Below the pieces are notes generated by a model. It was not told the DNA's origin. It worked only from the letters and a program-made list of their open reading frames with translations, and did no database searches. 56,729 nt of DNA from Rhodospirillales bacterium (lineage in GTDB: Bacteria > Pseudomonadota > Alphaproteobacteria > Azospirillales > Azospirillaceae). The DNA is taken from contig CANGXM010000001.1 of the NCBI GenBank assembly GCA_947457845.1, positions 1-56,729 of the forward strand, given 5' to 3'. Within the stretch, counting starts at the first letter, position 1, and each line of letters begins with the position of its first letter. This document shows, in pieces, positions 52,562 through 56,729 of the stretch. A program made the translations under genes and the position numbers.

Positions 52562-52731
52562 TATCGGCGCCTCTTGGCTTCGGATGCCGTCAGCCCGGGA
52601 TGGGCCTGAAGACGGTCCGCCCCGAATGGGCACGGACCGCAGCCGGCACATCATGACTTTGGACCGCCATCATGCCCCTTCAAGTCGGGCGACGGGAATG
52701 ACCTTCTTCGGGGCGGGCGCCGGCCCGGGGG

Positions 52732-53997
<1,266 letters not shown>

Positions 53998-54151
53998 GTC
54001 AGCCCCGTCGCGCGGCCGATCGCCGCGGAGCGTGTGAAACCTTCCGGCCACGACGGACGATCAACGCCCGCCGGGCGATGCCATTCAACACCACCGCCAC
54101 CCGGGAGGGCAACCGGATCGGTTCGCCGCCGATCCGTGCCGCCGCCGCGCG

Positions 54152-54772
54152 TCAGGCCGGTGCGCCCGGCCGCTTCTCCACGACCTGGTCGACGATGCCG
54201 AAGGCCTTCGCCTCCTCCGCCGACATGAAGCGGTCGCGCTCGGTCGCCTCTTCGATGGCGTCGAGCGTCTGCCCCGTGTGGCGGGCATAGATCTCGTTCA
54301 TCCGGGACCGCATCTTCAGGATCTCACGGGCCTGGATCTCGATGTCCGCCGCTTGCCCCTGCGCGCCGCCGGAGGGCTGGTGGACCATGATCCGCGCGTT
54401 CGGAAGGCAGAACCGCTTGCCCGCCGCGCCCGCCGCCAGGAGCAGCGAGCCCATCGACGACGCCTGCCCGATGCAGACCGTCGAGACCTCCGGCCGGATG
54501 TATTGCATCGTGTCATAGATCGCCATGCCGGCCGTGATGTAGCCGCCCGGGCTGTTGATGTAGAGGGCGATGTCCTTGTTGGGGTTCTCGCTCTCCAGGA
54601 ACAGCAGCTGTGCGCTGATCAGGCTCGCGACCCCGTCGTGGACCGGGCCGATCAGGAAGATGATCCGCTCCTTCAGGAGGCGCGAGTAGATGTCGTAGGC
54701 ACGCTCGCCACGGTTCGTCTGCTCGACGACCATCGGCACCAGCGTGTTCATCGTCCAGTCATGATCTCGCAT
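54152..54772 (-). CDS. clpP: ATP-dependent Clp protease proteolytic subunit
   Basis: 206 aa with [28 protein letters not shown] and the catalytic Ser context (GQASSMG). Confidence 0.94.
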   Translation of the reverse strand: MRDHDWTMNTLVPMVVEQTNRGERAYDIYSRLLKERIIFLIGPVHDGVASLISAQLLFLESENPNKDIALYINSPGGYITAGMAIYDTMQYIRPEVSTVCIGQASSMGSLLLAAGAAGKRFCLPNARIMVHQPSGGAQGQAADIEIQAREILKMRSRMNEIYARHTGQTLDAIEEATERDRFMSAEEAKAFGIVDQVVEKRPGAPA

Positions 54773-54827
54773 GTCGGCGTCCGATGGGCCAGGGGCAGGG
54801 TGGATCCCTCCGTTGAATTGGCGTTCT

Positions 54828-56153
54828 TCACGCCTCTTCGCCAGGGTCCTTCAGCAGCTCCTCCAGCGTCACCTCGCGCTCGTTCACCTTCGCGAGTTCG
54901 ACGATGAAGTCGACGACCTTGTCCTCGAAGATCGGCGCGCGGAGCTGCTCGACCGCCTGCGGGTTCTTCTGGAAGAACTCGTAGACCTGCCGCTCCTGGC
55001 CCGGGAAGCGCTGCGCCTCGGTGACGACGGCGCGGGACAGCTCGTCGCGCGTCACCTCGACATTGTTGCGCTTGCCCACCTCGGCCAGCAGCAGGCCCAG
55101 CTTCACGCGGCGCTCGGCGATCGTGCGGTACTCGGCCTTGAGCGCGTCCTCGTCCTTGCCGGCCTCCTCGGCCGCGCCGCCGCGCTCCATCTCGTCCTTC
55201 AGCCGGCGCCAGATCGCGTCGAACTCCATGTCGACCATGCCGGCCGGCGCCTCGAAGTCGGCCTTTCCCGCCAGGTCGTCGAGGAGTGCGCGCTTGAGGC
55301 GTGCGCGGCTGGCCTGCCGGTAGTCGCGGTCGATCCGCTCCTTCACGGCCTCGCGCAGGGCGGCGACGTCGTCGAAGCCCATGTCCTTCGCGAACGGGTC
55401 GTCGACGGCGGGTGCCACCGGCCGGCGGAGTTCCTTCACCTCGACCGTGAACACGGCCTCCTTCGACCGCAGCTCCTCCGCGCCGTAGTCGGCGGGGAAG
55501 GTGACGGTCACGGTGCGCGTCTCGCCCGGCGCCGCGCCGACGACCTGCGCCTCGAAGGTGTCGATGAAACTGTTGGAGCCGAGCTCGAGCTCGTGTGCCG
55601 AGCCCTGCATGCCCGGATGGGCGACGCCGTCGACGGTGCCGTTGAAGTCGATCACGACGATGTCGCCGTTCTCGGACGGGCGCGCGTCGGCCACGGGCTC
55701 GGAGGTGCGGCGGCTCTGGGCCAGACGGGCCAGCGCGTCGTCGATCGCCGTCTCGGAAACCGGGGTGACGAGCCGCTCGAGCGCGATCGCCGCGAAGTCC
55801 GGCGGCGTGATCTCCGGCAGGAGTTCGACCGCGACCTTGTACTCGAGGTCGGTGCCCTCCTCGAACTTGGTCACCTCGATCTTCGGCTGGAGGGCCGGCT
55901 TCAGGCCCTTCTCCTGGATCGCCTGCGAGGCACCGTCATTGACGGTCTCCTCCAGGACCTCGCCGAGCACCGTCTGCCCGTACCGCTTCTTGAGGATCGG
56001 CATCGGCACCTTGCCGGGGCGGAACCCGGGGAGGCGCACCTGGCGGGCGAGTTCGGACAGCCGGGCGTCGACGCGCGACTGGATGTCGCTCGCCGCGACG
56101 ACGACGGTGAACTCGCGCTTCAGGCCTTCGGCGGCGGTCTCGGTGATCTGCAT
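54828..56153 (-). CDS. tig: Trigger factor
   Basis: The ATG at 56153 gives [19 protein letters not shown], followed by FRPGKVP. The ORF-track start at 56261 runs into tRNA-Leu. Confidence 0.92.
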   Translation of the reverse strand: MQITETAAEGLKREFTVVVAASDIQSRVDARLSELARQVRLPGFRPGKVPMPILKKRYGQTVLGEVLEETVNDGASQAIQEKGLKPALQPKIEVTKFEEGTDLEYKVAVELLPEITPPDFAAIALERLVTPVSETAIDDALARLAQSRRTSEPVADARPSENGDIVVIDFNGTVDGVAHPGMQGSAHELELGSNSFIDTFEAQVVGAAPGETRTVTVTFPADYGAEELRSKEAVFTVEVKELRRPVAPAVDDPFAKDMGFDDVAALREAVKERIDRDYRQASRARLKRALLDDLAGKADFEAPAGMVDMEFDAIWRRLKDEMERGGAAEEAGKDEDALKAEYRTIAERRVKLGLLLAEVGKRNNVEVTRDELSRAVVTEAQRFPGQERQVYEFFQKNPQAVEQLRAPIFEDKVVDFIVELAKVNEREVTLEELLKDPGEEA

Positions 56154-56219
56154 CTCTGGATCGGGGTCTGGTGTGGACGGTCCCGGCGGACCTGATGGGC
56201 ATTCGACGGCCGGCGGGCT

Positions 56220-56304
56220 TGGTGCGGGCGGAGGGACTTGAACCCACACGACCGAAGTCACCGGAACCTAAATCCGGCGCGTCTACCAGTTCCGCCACGC
56301 CCGC
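56220..56304 (-). tRNA. tRNA-Leu (anticodon TAG), class II with a long variable arm
   Basis: The reverse complement is GCGGGCGTGGCGGAACTGGTAGACGC-GCCGGATTTAGGTTCCGG-(variable arm)-GGTTCAAGTCCCTCCGCCCGCACCA. Confidence 0.92.
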
Positions 56305-56402
56305 TCATGGCAACGCAAACGGCGTCCCAAGGCCCGCCGGACGTCGGGAGCGGCTCCTATAGCAGTTGGACGGAAGACCGGGCAACACCCGAATTCCACG
56401 CC

Positions 56403-56729
56403 TCATGCCCGTGCGGCGCGGAATGCGGCCGGAAGGAGGGCGGGCAGGTCGTCAGCCACCAGCCCGGAACCGCCCAGGCGGCCCGCCTCGCCGTGGATCC
56501 AGACCGCCGCGCGGGCGGCGTCGAACGGATCGGTCCCCTGCCCCAACAGCGCGCCCACGACGCCCGCCAGCACGTCGCCCGAGCCCGCGGTCGCGAGATC
56601 GGCCGGCGCGTTCGCGTTGATCGCGACACGGCCGTCCGGCGCGGCGATCACGGTGTCCGGTCCCTTGAGCACGACCACCGCGCCGAGCCGGGCGGCCGCG
56701 ATCCGGGCCCGGGCCGGCTTGCCGCCCCC
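56403..56729 (-). CDS. nnrD: NAD(P)H-hydrate dehydratase domain protein (C-terminal part; 5' end beyond the window)
   Basis: [17 protein letters not shown]...[20 protein letters not shown]...[13 protein letters not shown] is typical of the carbohydrate-kinase-like YjeF C-terminal domain. The frame is open to the window edge. Confidence 0.8.
   Translation of the reverse strand, partial: GGGKPARARIAAARLGAVVVLKGPDTVIAAPDGRVAINANAPADLATAGSGDVLAGVVGALLGQGTDPFDAARAAVWIHGEAGRLGGSGLVADDLPALLPAAFRAARA

Noticed and set aside
52656-52684. Heat-shock (sigma-32 type) promoter upstream of lon, suggested by CTTGAA on the - strand.
   Set aside because: No acceptable -10 element (CCCCAT-like or CYTAT-like) lies at a 13-18 nt spacing. 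The call would be guesswork.

Overview
This is a GC-rich alphaproteobacterial core-chromosome segment with Rhizobiales/Hyphomicrobiales-like gene order (G+C judged by eye, not computed). I see no convincing new multi-gene system here; the region is ordinary, highly conserved housekeeping DNA.

Gene content:
- Left edge, + strand: trpC (5' partial), moaC, moeA and lexA, with two alpha-type SOS boxes upstream of lexA. comEC is convergent and overlaps the lexA 3' end. gltA follows on +.
- From about 7.2 kb to the right edge, every gene is on the - strand.
- Envelope and translation array: lpxB, lpxI, lpxA, fabZ, skp, bamA, rseP, dxr, cdsA, uppS, frr, pyrH, tsf, rpsB.
- Then dnaE, a dienelactone hydrolase, lolD and lolC/E, proS, and a small secreted hypothetical.
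- Then tag, a DUF1467 gene and mce.
- Then a complete nuoA-N complex I operon whose 3' end is start/stop-coupled to birA, coaX and rnj.
- Then tRNA-Asp, a 73-aa orphan ORF, tRNA-Val, hupB, lon, clpX, clpP, tig, tRNA-Leu and a partial NAD(P)H-hydrate dehydratase.

I found no transposase, integrase, CRISPR array, phage gene or recognisable defence gene.

The ORF track fuses many genes into over-long ORFs because stop codons are rare at this GC. I chose internal starts from N-terminal family motifs, Shine-Dalgarno (SD) sequences, and the very frequent 4-nt start/stop overlaps (ATGA/GTGA).

Best leads:
1. A roughly 260-bp relatively AT-rich intergenic locus (29154-29417) has outward-facing intrinsic terminators and internal hairpins. 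It is a candidate sRNA with an exposed CCUCCC.
2. A DUF29 gene is translationally coupled between nuoF and nuoG.
3. A well-formed 73-aa orphan ORF lies between tRNA-Val and tRNA-Asp.
4. skp has its signal peptide encoded upstream of any canonical start, which implies a CTG start overlapping the bamA stop.
5. The expected lpxD slot between skp and fabZ is empty.
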